Of a DNA stretch of 64,000 nt, positions 18,050 to 26,327 are shown in pieces. This stretch comes from a virus. The DNA lies in IMG/VR virus record IMGVR_UViG_3300046010_010555, positions 5,336 to 69,335 of that record; one strand, 5' to 3'. Within the stretch, counting starts at the first letter, position 1, and every line of letters begins with the position of its first letter. The notes below the pieces were generated by a model. That model saw nothing but the letters and a program-made list of their open reading frames with translations. It had not been told where the DNA came from and did no database searches. A program made the translations under genes and the position numbers.

Positions 18050-18335
18050 GCACAAACACTACGATGTGATCGTTGCGTGGGCGGCAGGGAAGGAGATTGA
18101 GTTCCTTTGGGACGGTGAATGGGAAGAGTACACAGAGTCTTGTCCTTCTTTTCTTGCCTCCCAAGAGTGGCGCGTCAAACCCAAGATTGTAAAGAAGGAG
18201 GGATGGATAAATGTTTACTACAGTAGCAAAGCTGAATACAAAGCTTACATTCACGCCACTAAAGAAATAGCGGATGAAAAAGCAACTTCATATAGAAAAG
18301 CCTGTGTCCACGTTGAATGGGAGGAAGAAGAATGA
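18039..18335 (+). CDS. Hypothetical phage protein
   Basis: HKH..VI.AWA.G..IE...WRVKP motif; GGAGG RBS. Confidence 0.7.
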   Translation: MGTKHKHYDVIVAWAAGKEIEFLWDGEWEEYTESCPSFLASQEWRVKPKIVKKEGWINVYYSSKAEYKAYIHATKEIADEKATSYRKACVHVEWEEEE

Positions 18336-18892
18336 GCAATCCGGTTGAACTGTTGAGGCGGGCGCTTGATTACATAGATCGAAACTACAACAGAGGCTTG
18401 CAACTGCATGAAGAAATCCGCGCTTTCCTCGATGCCGAGCCAGAAGCGGAGCCAGATACATGGCAAGACCTGACAGATGAGGAGATAGATGACTGTAAAC
18501 CCGTAGGTGGAATTGCGCCCCTAAACGATGGATACAAGGTAGATGGGCTGTGGATGTACGATTTTGCCGATGCTGTTCAAGAAGCGGTGCAGGAAAAAAA
18601 CTCCCCGCCAAAACCCGAGCAAGAAGCGGAGCCTGTGGCGTGGGGTTATAAAGATAGATCGGGAGAGATAAGCGCTTGCATAAGCAGACAGTCAGCAGAA
18701 GATGCGGGTACGCAAGGTGATTATAAGATTCCCCTTTACACCAGACCCGAGCCGAAAAGAAAGCCGATGACGGAGGAGGAGATTACTGATGAGTTTGGAA
18801 TCCCAAGAAGCGGTGCATATTTTATTGAAGGAGTTTTTGCTGGCGTCCGTTTTGCAGAGAAGTATCACAAGATAGGAGATAAAGATGGTTAA
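18332..18892 (+). CDS. Mosaic protein with WQDLTDEE, EPVAW and PLYT micro-motifs
   Basis: Coupled ORF; motifs recur in neighbouring ORFs. Confidence 0.65.
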   Translation: MSNPVELLRRALDYIDRNYNRGLQLHEEIRAFLDAEPEAEPDTWQDLTDEEIDDCKPVGGIAPLNDGYKVDGLWMYDFADAVQEAVQEKNSPPKPEQEAEPVAWGYKDRSGEISACISRQSAEDAGTQGDYKIPLYTRPEPKRKPMTEEEITDEFGIPRSGAYFIEGVFAGVRFAEKYHKIGDKDG

Positions 18893-19043
18893 GAAAGACA
18901 AACTGGATTTGCTAATGCTGCTGTCGGCATTAGAATCATGGGGGTTTTCAACAAACCATCCATTTCCCGATTACTTGCATGAAAACCTTTCCGACGCAAT
19001 TGATCTGATACGCAAAGATATTTTGAACGAGGAGATAAAATGA
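18885..19043 (+). CDS. Small hypothetical protein (52 aa)
   Basis: AGGAG RBS; LL.LLSALESW motif; ATGA overlap with the tad1-like gene. Confidence 0.55.
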   Translation: MVKKDKLDLLMLLSALESWGFSTNHPFPDYLHENLSDAIDLIRKDILNEEIK

Positions 19044-19390
19044 GAAAGTTAGAAATTGGAACCGAAAAATACACTCAGGTATTTGCTACCGACGAACGCG
19101 GTGCTGGTAATGCAAATCACATTTACAGTGTTGCATCTGTAAAGACAGGAGAAGTTCTGCAAGTTGTTTGTTTCCAGAACGGCCCGATCAAGGAGTCGGG
19201 TGTGAACGGCGTGATGAATGAAGATTTGCTCGCTATAGTAATTGATAGACTAGATGGATTTCAAGCAGGTAAATTCGCGTGCAAAGAAAACGCGCTTGTT
19301 GTTTCCTGTCTTGAGGAGGCGCTGTTTTGGTTAAGAAGAAGAACGACTGACCGCGAAGTGCGCGGCGTCGAAGGCACCCACGAAGTGTAA
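19040..19390 (+). CDS. tad1: Tad1-family anti-Thoeris cyclic-nucleotide sponge protein
   Basis: G.GNANH.Y, FQNGP..E..NGV..EDLL.IV.DRL..FQAG.F.C.ENA.....EEAL.W..RR..DR..R.V.GT follows the Tad1 pattern along its whole length. Confidence 0.85.
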   Translation: MRKLEIGTEKYTQVFATDERGAGNANHIYSVASVKTGEVLQVVCFQNGPIKESGVNGVMNEDLLAIVIDRLDGFQAGKFACKENALVVSCLEEALFWLRRRTTDREVRGVEGTHEV

Positions 19391-19409
19391 CAATCAAGGA
19401 GAATACAAG

Positions 19410-19700
19410 ATGAAGAAATACAAAGTACAGCTGATATTAGACGCTCAGCAGTTGATAGCCAATGATCACTTTTATGAAGCGCTAAGCAATGTCATACAAT
19501 TTCTTGGAGATTTTGTAAACGATGTTCCCGAAACAGATTTCGGGAACATAGCTGGAAGCCGCAAGTGGCAAGGGCTGACAGATGAAGAGATGTTGGACTG
19601 TCTACTGCAAGACAACGAGAAATTGGCGAGTTTGCCGCTAGGAGCTAAGCTATATGCTCAGGCTATCGAGAGAGCTTTACGAGAAAAAAACAATGGGTGA
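19410..19700 (+). CDS. Hypothetical protein with C-terminal WQGLTDEE...AIERALREKN module
   Basis: AGGAG RBS; shared micro-domain. Confidence 0.65.
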   Translation: MKKYKVQLILDAQQLIANDHFYEALSNVIQFLGDFVNDVPETDFGNIAGSRKWQGLTDEEMLDCLLQDNEKLASLPLGAKLYAQAIERALREKNNG

Positions 19701-19980
19701 CGTCACAATCTCCGTACCTGAACTTGAATGCAGGCTACTACTTGCTGCATTCATGGTCGATTGCAACTCCGTCGGACCCGAGTCTGCCGGAGCAAATCTT
19801 CAAGTTTCTATGAAATCACTTTTGAACAGGATGAAGTATGGTCTGTTGAAAACAGAGTTATCCGAAAACGAGATTGAAGATGGATTCTTCAAAATTAGCG
19901 ACACTTTTGAATACGACTACTCATATTTCAGAGCAGGCGTACGTTTTGCAGAACAGCAGCGTGTAAAAAATCTAGAGTAA
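19693..19980 (+). CDS. Hypothetical protein
   Basis: C-terminal LSENEI...FRAGVRFAE module shared with 18332-18892. Confidence 0.6.
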   Translation: MGDVTISVPELECRLLLAAFMVDCNSVGPESAGANLQVSMKSLLNRMKYGLLKTELSENEIEDGFFKISDTFEYDYSYFRAGVRFAEQQRVKNLE

Positions 19981-19992
19981 TCAGGAGATAAA

Positions 19993-20190
19993 ATGCTACG
20001 TCCAATAGACAGCGCATCGACAGATCTCAAAATAATAGGCAACGTACGTATAGAAAGAATCAACACAAAATTCTTTGTAGACTACGAAGTAGAAGGCGGA
20101 TGGAAAAACTACGCCGTCTGCAAATCTAGAAACGAAAGCTTAAAAATTGCTGCACTTCTAAGACAGCATACGGTAAACTGGTCCACTTAA
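19993..20190 (+). CDS. Hypothetical protein
   Basis: AGGAG RBS. Confidence 0.55.
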   Translation: MLRPIDSASTDLKIIGNVRIERINTKFFVDYEVEGGWKNYAVCKSRNESLKIAALLRQHTVNWST

Positions 20191-20350
20191 GCACTAATAG
20201 AGCTAGTGCCTACATCTCCCAAAAGCAAGAAATTTTTTTTCAATCGCGATGGCAGCGACGCTTGATGTAGACACTAGCTCTGTTGGTGTTTTATTTTTTC
20301 AAGTGGCATCGAGAGGAACAATACCAACATGACAGATCGGAAAGACGATC
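20191..20350 (+). ncRNA. Candidate structured RNA or RNase III-type long stem
   Basis: 26-bp stem 20191-20216/20264-20289 with three G-U pairs; downstream GATCG-GAAAGA-CGATC hairpin. Confidence 0.4.
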
Positions 20351-20380
20351 ACTCTCTTTCTTTTTTACGAGTGCTTATCT

Positions 20381-20602
20381 ATGGCAATAAAAATCAAAGC
20401 AATCAAAACAACACCGCCACCACCGCAGCCTAAACCCCCAATATTAGAACCTTCAGACGCACCTTTGATCGTCTGGCTAAAAGACAATGGCATCTCAATT
20501 AGAGAAATTGCTAAGAAATTTGAAGTCAGCCCTCAGACTATACGAAGAGTTATTGCAGGTACGCATGCTTGCTGCAGAGGAAACATCCATGCCGACCTTT
20601 GA
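20381..20602 (+). CDS. Small HTH DNA-binding protein
   Basis: GISIREIAKKFEVSPQTIRRVI helix-turn-helix. Confidence 0.7.
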   Translation: MAIKIKAIKTTPPPPQPKPPILEPSDAPLIVWLKDNGISIREIAKKFEVSPQTIRRVIAGTHACCRGNIHADL

Positions 20603-20804
20603 AGTTGAGATGCGAGTTCATACAGTTGCTAAATACATGGTCGTTGCAGACACTCGTGAAGAAGCTGAACAGCGCGCACGAATCAAGCACATGACTGATC
20701 CTAATTCAATTACATGTAGCTCATATGTAACTGAAGTAAACACTAGCATGAGCGCAGAGGTGATTCCCAATGACAACTTTTTACATCAACGATCATCCTG
20801 TTGA
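20589..20804 (+). CDS. Hypothetical protein
   Basis: MPTFEV...V.ADTREEAE..A motif; GAGG RBS. Confidence 0.6.
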   Translation: MPTFEVEMRVHTVAKYMVVADTREEAEQRARIKHMTDPNSITCSSYVTEVNTSMSAEVIPNDNFLHQRSSC

Positions 20805-21063
20805 CGTACGGTACAGTCTTACTCGAGGCAGACAGGGCAACTTTCACTTTTTACCAACTGAACACGACGAGTTAGAAATTACGGAAGTATTGTGGGAAGT
20901 CACAATGCCGATAAAAATCCCGCTGTCCAGTCCATCTTGGCCCGGACTTGTAACTCCCCCAGTTCCTATCCGTGTAGACATACTGCCGCTACTTACTGAA
21001 GATCAGATAAGTCAGTTAGAGACCGACATATTCACTTGCGAAAACAATATATACGAGGACTAA
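20770..21063 (+). CDS. Hypothetical protein
   Basis: GAGGTG RBS. Confidence 0.55.
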   Translation: MTTFYINDHPVDVRYSLTRGRQGNFHFLPTEHDELEITEVLWEVTMPIKIPLSSPSWPGLVTPPVPIRVDILPLLTEDQISQLETDIFTCENNIYED

Positions 21064-21065
21064 CT

Positions 21066-21266
21066 ATGTTTCCCGAAAACAATGAATGCCTAGATCTGTA
21101 CGGTCTTAAACTGTACAGAAACAAGCTGCTGTATAAATTTTCACTAACTCCAAAAACAGAAGGGCAGATTTTTAGAGTCAAAAATAGATTTTTCAAAGTG
21201 TACCGTCGATACTTACCGTTTGTGTACTTAGTGACGGAGTACAAACCTCATTTGATAAACAGGTGA
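21066..21266 (+). CDS. Hypothetical protein
   Basis: GAGG RBS before ATG 21066. Confidence 0.5.
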   Translation: MFPENNECLDLYGLKLYRNKLLYKFSLTPKTEGQIFRVKNRFFKVYRRYLPFVYLVTEYKPHLINR

Positions 21267-21273
21267 TAGAATT

Positions 21274-21486
21274 GTGATTTGCCTTTCACCCGCAATCGCT
21301 ATGTCTATCATCAATCTTTTTGTAATTCCTTCAACCGGCGAATGGTATAAGCAGAACGAGATTCGCCATCAAGATCTCCCTGCTGAAAGTATGACTGTTG
21401 TAGTTCATGACTACTGGTCAGAAGACATGATAGACAGGCATGTTACTAAAATTCTCGAAGCTAAAAGAGGAAGTAATAATGGCTGA
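21274..21486 (+). CDS. Hypothetical protein
   Basis: AGGTG RBS, GTG start. Confidence 0.5.
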   Translation: MICLSPAIAMSIINLFVIPSTGEWYKQNEIRHQDLPAESMTVVVHDYWSEDMIDRHVTKILEAKRGSNNG

Positions 21487-21706
21487 CGATGTAGATAGAA
21501 CTAACGAACGAGAGTTTTCGCTGCAGCATCTTATGGAAGAATCTAGAAGATCTTCCTACAGCACTAGAAAGCGCGAGATTGTACCAACAGGCATATGCTA
21601 CGAGTGCGAAGAACTTGTAGCCGAGGCTCGTTTATTTTGTGATACAGACTGTAGAGACATGTATGAAAAGAGAAAAAAAATCGCACTCATCAACAACACT
21701 TGGTGA
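21479..21706 (+). CDS. DksA/TraR-like Zn-finger small protein
   Basis: MADDVDR N-terminus and C..C...FC..DC Cys4 motif. Confidence 0.65.
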   Translation: MADDVDRTNEREFSLQHLMEESRRSSYSTRKREIVPTGICYECEELVAEARLFCDTDCRDMYEKRKKIALINNTW

Positions 21707-22049
21707 CCTGTCTGTCGTCGGAGTTAAATTCGACGAGGGAAAACCCAGAACAGATCTTTTAGATCCTTTTGCTATAGAGCAGCTTTCTAAAGTATTGGGT
21801 TTTGGAGCCATGAAGTATGCTCCTGAAAACTGGAGACGCGGTATAGCTTACAGTCGGCTTATAGCGGCTGCGCTAAGACATATATTTGCTTTTATGAGAG
21901 GAGAGAACACTGACCCTGAATCAAATCTTTCGCATATAGCTCACGCTATGTGCTGCATGATGTTTCTACTATGGATGGTAGAAAATAAACCAACCTTGGA
22001 CGACCGATGGAAGTCCTCTAATGAACATACTGACCGATCCCAGCAATGA
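21663..22049 (+). CDS. dATP/dGTP diphosphohydrolase domain protein (DUF5664-like)
   Basis: KFDEGKPR.DLL, GAMKYAPENWRRG, AALRH...GE..DPES.LSH.AHA; start uncertain. Confidence 0.8.
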   Translation: MKREKKSHSSTTLGDLSVVGVKFDEGKPRTDLLDPFAIEQLSKVLGFGAMKYAPENWRRGIAYSRLIAAALRHIFAFMRGENTDPESNLSHIAHAMCCMMFLLWMVENKPTLDDRWKSSNEHTDRSQQ

Positions 22050-22317
22050 AGCAAGGAAGATACGCTTTGATGCATTCCTTTACCAAAGAGCCCGTAAAAA
22101 CGGGCTTTTTCGTATCGTCGAGGCTAAAAACCCAATAACTAGAATAATTGAGTCTCTGTCTTCTGATGATAAAGACGAGCTCAATGCAGCCTACCTTGCT
22201 TCTCTAAGAATGCAAGGCATAGAACTTCCTCCTGCAAAAAACTATAGATTGTTGAACTCAGCAATCTGTTGGAAGCTGGAATTCGAGTTCAAAAAGAAAC
22301 CTTTTACTACCCCCTAA
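22021..22317 (+). CDS. Hypothetical protein
   Basis: 98-aa ORF in operon. Confidence 0.55.
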   Translation: MNILTDPSNEARKIRFDAFLYQRARKNGLFRIVEAKNPITRIIESLSSDDKDELNAAYLASLRMQGIELPPAKNYRLLNSAICWKLEFEFKKKPFTTP

Positions 22318-22333
22318 CCTAGGAGATACTTTT

Positions 22334-23314
22334 ATGAGACCTTCAGTCGCAGCTGACGCTATTACCAAGTGCATTCAAGTCAAACAACCTCTTTTTCTAT
22401 GGGGGCAACCCGGTGTCGGAAAATCAGCCGTTACAAAACAAGTGGCTCGAGATGCTAATCTTGAGCTTGTTGATCTTCGTTTGTCTCTGTTGGATTCTGT
22501 TGACCTTCGCGGTTTCCCGCATATGGTCGCTAATCGCATGCATTTTGCAGTTCCTGTTTTTCTGCCTGTCGATCCCGATAGTAGCGGTATTCTATTTCTT
22601 GACGAGATGAATGCAGCGCCCCCAGCCGTTCAATCTGCTGCGTATCAACTTGTACTTGACCGACGTATTGGCGAATACAAACTACCTGACAACTGGGCAA
22701 TTATCGCTGCTGGCAATCGCGAAACTGATCAAGGCGTTACATACACAATGCCTGCGCCTCTAGCCAATCGATTTACGCATATTGATTTCGATCCCAACTT
22801 CGACGACTGGCGTACGTGGGCTTTGCAGAACGGCATCAAGCCAGAAATTGTTAACTTCATCAATTTCCGCCCCGGTTTGCTTAACGATTTTGATCCCGAC
22901 AAGCGTGCATTTCCTACTCCGCGTTCGTGGGAATTCGTTAGCAAAATCACAGACAGCTCCGCGTCAATTGAAGTTGAACGTGGGCTGATCGCAGGCTCTA
23001 TTGGCGAAGGCGCGGCTGCTGAGTTGGCAGGTTTCCTCAAAATCTACAGAAATCTGCCTAATCCTGACGCCGTGCTTCTCAATCCCAAAACAGCCGATGT
23101 CCCGACTGATCCAGCCACGCTGTATGCTTTATGCGGTGCCTTGTCTGTACGTGCTTCGGAAGCCAACTTTGATCGCCTTGTTGAGTATTGCGGCCGCATG
23201 AAACCAGAATTTCAAGTTTTGTGTATTCGCGATTCTGTTACTCGAGCACGTGAGCTAGCACATACTGCTGCATTCAGCACTTGGGCAATTCAAAACTCTA
23301 GCATATTGATTTAG
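22334..23314 (+). CDS. MoxR-family AAA+ ATPase
   Basis: GQPGVGKS Walker A, DLRG.P, ILFLDEMN Walker B, AAGNR, LANRF, TPRSWE. Confidence 0.9.
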   Translation: MRPSVAADAITKCIQVKQPLFLWGQPGVGKSAVTKQVARDANLELVDLRLSLLDSVDLRGFPHMVANRMHFAVPVFLPVDPDSSGILFLDEMNAAPPAVQSAAYQLVLDRRIGEYKLPDNWAIIAAGNRETDQGVTYTMPAPLANRFTHIDFDPNFDDWRTWALQNGIKPEIVNFINFRPGLLNDFDPDKRAFPTPRSWEFVSKITDSSASIEVERGLIAGSIGEGAAAELAGFLKIYRNLPNPDAVLLNPKTADVPTDPATLYALCGALSVRASEANFDRLVEYCGRMKPEFQVLCIRDSVTRARELAHTAAFSTWAIQNSSILI

Positions 23315-23375
23315 TCATCGGATGACTCATAGCTCATGGACGAGCTCTTTTATACTTTTTCAGACAGGTGTATTT

Positions 23376-23849
23376 ATGGGATGCGACATACATGTTGTTT
23401 TAGAAACTAAGCGAACAGAGGGGATATCATCGCCTAAGTGGATAGGAACAAACGCCTACAATGTTATCCCAAGCTTAGGGATATCATGCGACGATACCGA
23501 AACATGGTTTTACTGGAGAATAGCAGGCAGAAACTATGGCTTTTTTTCCCAATTAGCAGGTGTGCGAGGGGAAGGTCCTAAGCCTAGAGGATTACCAGAA
23601 GATGTATCTGATATGGCCTTGTGGCTTTCCGATAGTTGGGGATATGACGGTCATAGCCACAGCTGGGGGACTCTAGAAGAGATAGGGGGACTAATCGTAG
23701 CACACTATCTACCTGATTTTATAATGGAAAGTCACGCAGCACGCACAGAAGCCCTTCTGGATTTTCTTGGCGTGGTAAACTACAGAGCTATAGACGACCT
23801 CCCTAAAGTTTTAGCAAACCATAGACTTGTCTATTGGTTTGATAACTAG
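23376..23849 (+). CDS. MGCDIH-family phage protein
   Basis: MGCDIH, RNY..F..LAGVR, PRGLP.D.S, DGHSHSW, RLVYWFDN. Confidence 0.75.
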   Translation: MGCDIHVVLETKRTEGISSPKWIGTNAYNVIPSLGISCDDTETWFYWRIAGRNYGFFSQLAGVRGEGPKPRGLPEDVSDMALWLSDSWGYDGHSHSWGTLEEIGGLIVAHYLPDFIMESHAARTEALLDFLGVVNYRAIDDLPKVLANHRLVYWFDN

Positions 23850-23982
23850 ATATCAACAACCCCAGCGGGCGGTGGGTTAATAACACCCGCAATTAGCGAT
23901 ACTTTGTGTATCTCCGATACCCTTCTCTCTGAGTAGGCGCTAATCGTTGGTCACGTAATGACTGGTTTGTTCTCTACCTTAT

Positions 23983-24014
23983 ACCCTCGAGCAAAGCTCC
24001 TCGAGGGTTTTTTT
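23983..24014 (+). terminator. Intrinsic terminator ending a structured intergenic region
   Basis: ACCCTCGAG/CTCGAGGGT stem plus T7. Confidence 0.8.
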
Positions 24015-24030
24015 GTTTTAGGAGATAGGT

Positions 24031-24192
24031 ATGTCTACGTATGAAGAATTACGTACTGCACTAGGAGATCTTCTTCTTGTGCTTAATCGTGATAAAGACG
24101 GCGGATGGTTTGTGTGCGAAGAAGCTCGCGACATAATCGATTCCGCTGCATCTGTGTATAACAAAGCTCCTGAGGAAACATCATGTATGTAA
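24031..24192 (+). CDS. Small hypothetical protein (53 aa)
   Basis: AGGAG RBS, MSTYEELR... Confidence 0.55.
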   Translation: MSTYEELRTALGDLLLVLNRDKDGGWFVCEEARDIIDSAASVYNKAPEETSCM

Positions 24193-24809
24193 AGAACACA
24201 AAAACTATTTGGGCTAACGTAGAAGGAGAAATAAATAACTTATTTACCAAGCGCTTAGAGTACGCTTCCGCATGGGAAAATTATGGCGTATCGCTTCAGG
24301 ATTTTAAAAGCCACTGTCTAGATATTTTAATGCCTCCTGAAGATAGAGTATTGGTAGAAAAGCTAGGCTCTAGGTACTTTAGCAAGATATCTCAAACCAG
24401 AGTATTTCTTATATTTTATGACGGGCCTTTACAAAGAAAGGAATCTTTTGTAGTTGATTTTGCAGACAAAATTTTAGCTCCAAGTTTATGGGAACATGGA
24501 AATTATTATAGCCAAATACCAGAGATTACTTCGCCTTTAATTCAAGAAATAGCATCAAAGCGTGACAAAGCAATCAGGCAGATTAAAGATGACAAAGACG
24601 CAATGATAAAGTCTATGAAAGAATTATACGAAAGTCATCCTAGTGTTAATTCAATACTCAAAACATTTCCATCGTTTAGTGATTTTTTACCAAACACTGT
24701 TATGCAGACTGTGGCTCAAAAAACAAAAACTCCCGAGAAACGAGAGCTGCCTCTTAATGACGTATCTGATTTAGCTACACAAATGCTCAAAGCGAAGGTT
24801 CTAAAATGA
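24183..24809 (+). CDS. Hypothetical protein, possibly Nmad5-like
   Basis: C-terminal SVNSILKTFPSF..FLP resembles the Nmad5 signature (weak). Confidence 0.45.
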   Translation: MYVKNTKTIWANVEGEINNLFTKRLEYASAWENYGVSLQDFKSHCLDILMPPEDRVLVEKLGSRYFSKISQTRVFLIFYDGPLQRKESFVVDFADKILAPSLWEHGNYYSQIPEITSPLIQEIASKRDKAIRQIKDDKDAMIKSMKELYESHPSVNSILKTFPSFSDFLPNTVMQTVAQKTKTPEKRELPLNDVSDLATQMLKAKVLK

Positions 24810-25291
24810 CTACTCCAACTACCAAAAAAACTGTTACTCCGAAACTTAAAAATACTTTATCTGATATCGAGAAACGAGTTAACGACGAAATCAAAAAACA
24901 AATTTTACTTGAGTGGACGCCTCTGCAAATAGAAATGAAAGTAAAAAAAACTTTAGAGAAAAATTTTGACAGTATTTTATCTCACCATCTTGGATTTACT
25001 AATTATTGGGCAGGGGGTACTTCGTGGGAAATCGATTCGTGTAACGAAAATAGACCTATAGTTCAGCTAATTCGCCAGCATAGCGAAGCAGTACTAAAGG
25101 ATCTTGTTTATAAAAGCTGCGAAGCAGACCAATTTAAGCTTTCACCAGAAATGATCAATAAGATCATAAGACTATTTAACAAATCGGTGACTTCCTATGA
25201 ATGCGAAAGAGTAATCCACCAGCATGCAAAAGAGCAAGTCACTAAACTACTTACTATTCTGAACGGCACTCTTTCGGGAGCTTCAAAATGA
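24806..25291 (+). CDS. Hypothetical protein
   Basis: ATGA-coupled 161-aa ORF. Confidence 0.65.
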   Translation: MTTPTTKKTVTPKLKNTLSDIEKRVNDEIKKQILLEWTPLQIEMKVKKTLEKNFDSILSHHLGFTNYWAGGTSWEIDSCNENRPIVQLIRQHSEAVLKDLVYKSCEADQFKLSPEMINKIIRLFNKSVTSYECERVIHQHAKEQVTKLLTILNGTLSGASK

Positions 25292-26133
25292 GCATTGCAC
25301 AATCGTCAATATTAGTTAAATTTAGAATTCGTCGCTGGGATGGATTTGTATCTGACAAAAAAGTCTCTGAAACTGCTGACAAAGTATTCAACACTACTGT
25401 AAAGGGCGGTAATTTTAACAAGCGTATCTTAAGTAAACGTTTTTTAAAATCAGTTAATGCCATATTAAGCAGAGCTCATTCAGAACACAAGCGGCTTACT
25501 TTTCCGTGGCAATACGACGGAGTCGATATTTTACCTAGCGAGCTGTATTTTTCGTACTCACTCGTTATGCGCAATTTAAGAGAGCTACTTGATGCTGAGC
25601 TTCAAAATATGCAGACGCAGTATCCGATAGAAATTACAGAACGCAAACCACAACTCAACGGTATGTTCAATCCGGGTGACTATCCTTCTTCAGAAGCATT
25701 AAGCGGTCGATTTGGAATAGACATCATGTTTTACCCTGTCCCAACGGCTGATCATTTTGTGCTTGATATGGAAAAGAAAGAACAGGATCGCATAAAAGCC
25801 GACTTTCAGGTACGCATGGATACCCTAAGCGCAGTCACTTTATCTGAACTGTATAACCGCGTATTAAGAATCATAGATCATCTGCACGATCGGCTAAGCG
25901 ATCCAGAGAATAGATTTTGTGTATCGTTAATTGATCATGTTAACAACCTCGCAGAAAGTCTGCCCGGATTGAATATATTCAATGATCCTATTCTTACGCA
26001 GGTTTCGGATGCGATTAACGAAAAACTGACTGATTTAAATGCTGCTGAGCTTCGTACCGACATGAATGTACGTCGGGAAATTGCCAAACACGCTTTCGAC
26101 GTAGCTTCTATATTGCGTGGGAACATGCCATGA
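25288..26133 (+). CDS. DUF3150-like protein, commonly linked to MoxR/VWA loci
   Basis: H..LT.PW...G..ILP, LNGMFNP.DYP, LP.LNI.NDP.L motifs. Confidence 0.55.
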   Translation: MSIAQSSILVKFRIRRWDGFVSDKKVSETADKVFNTTVKGGNFNKRILSKRFLKSVNAILSRAHSEHKRLTFPWQYDGVDILPSELYFSYSLVMRNLRELLDAELQNMQTQYPIEITERKPQLNGMFNPGDYPSSEALSGRFGIDIMFYPVPTADHFVLDMEKKEQDRIKADFQVRMDTLSAVTLSELYNRVLRIIDHLHDRLSDPENRFCVSLIDHVNNLAESLPGLNIFNDPILTQVSDAINEKLTDLNAAELRTDMNVRREIAKHAFDVASILRGNMP

Positions 26134-26324
26134 ACTATGAATTTACTCCCTTAGAAATAGTCAGTATGGTTTCGTTTGGGATCATGTATATCCTAAACAC
26201 TAAGCAACAGAACAAAATCAACTTTTATAACTTTATTCTCGGAGGAATTGCAGACAAGAAAGCCAAACTTTTACGTGATCACAACGGAAGCATACGCATT
26301 CAACCTTTAGACAATGAGCACTAA
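26130..26324 (+). CDS. Small hypothetical protein
   Basis: Coupled ORF with an N-terminal hydrophobic segment. Confidence 0.5.
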   Translation: MNYEFTPLEIVSMVSFGIMYILNTKQQNKINFYNFILGGIADKKAKLLRDHNGSIRIQPLDNEH

Positions 26325-26327
26325 GCA

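Noticed and set aside
21663-22049. 2-aminoadenine (Z-genome) pathway
   Set aside because: No PurZ or DatZ in the window; DUF5664-type genes are widespread on their own
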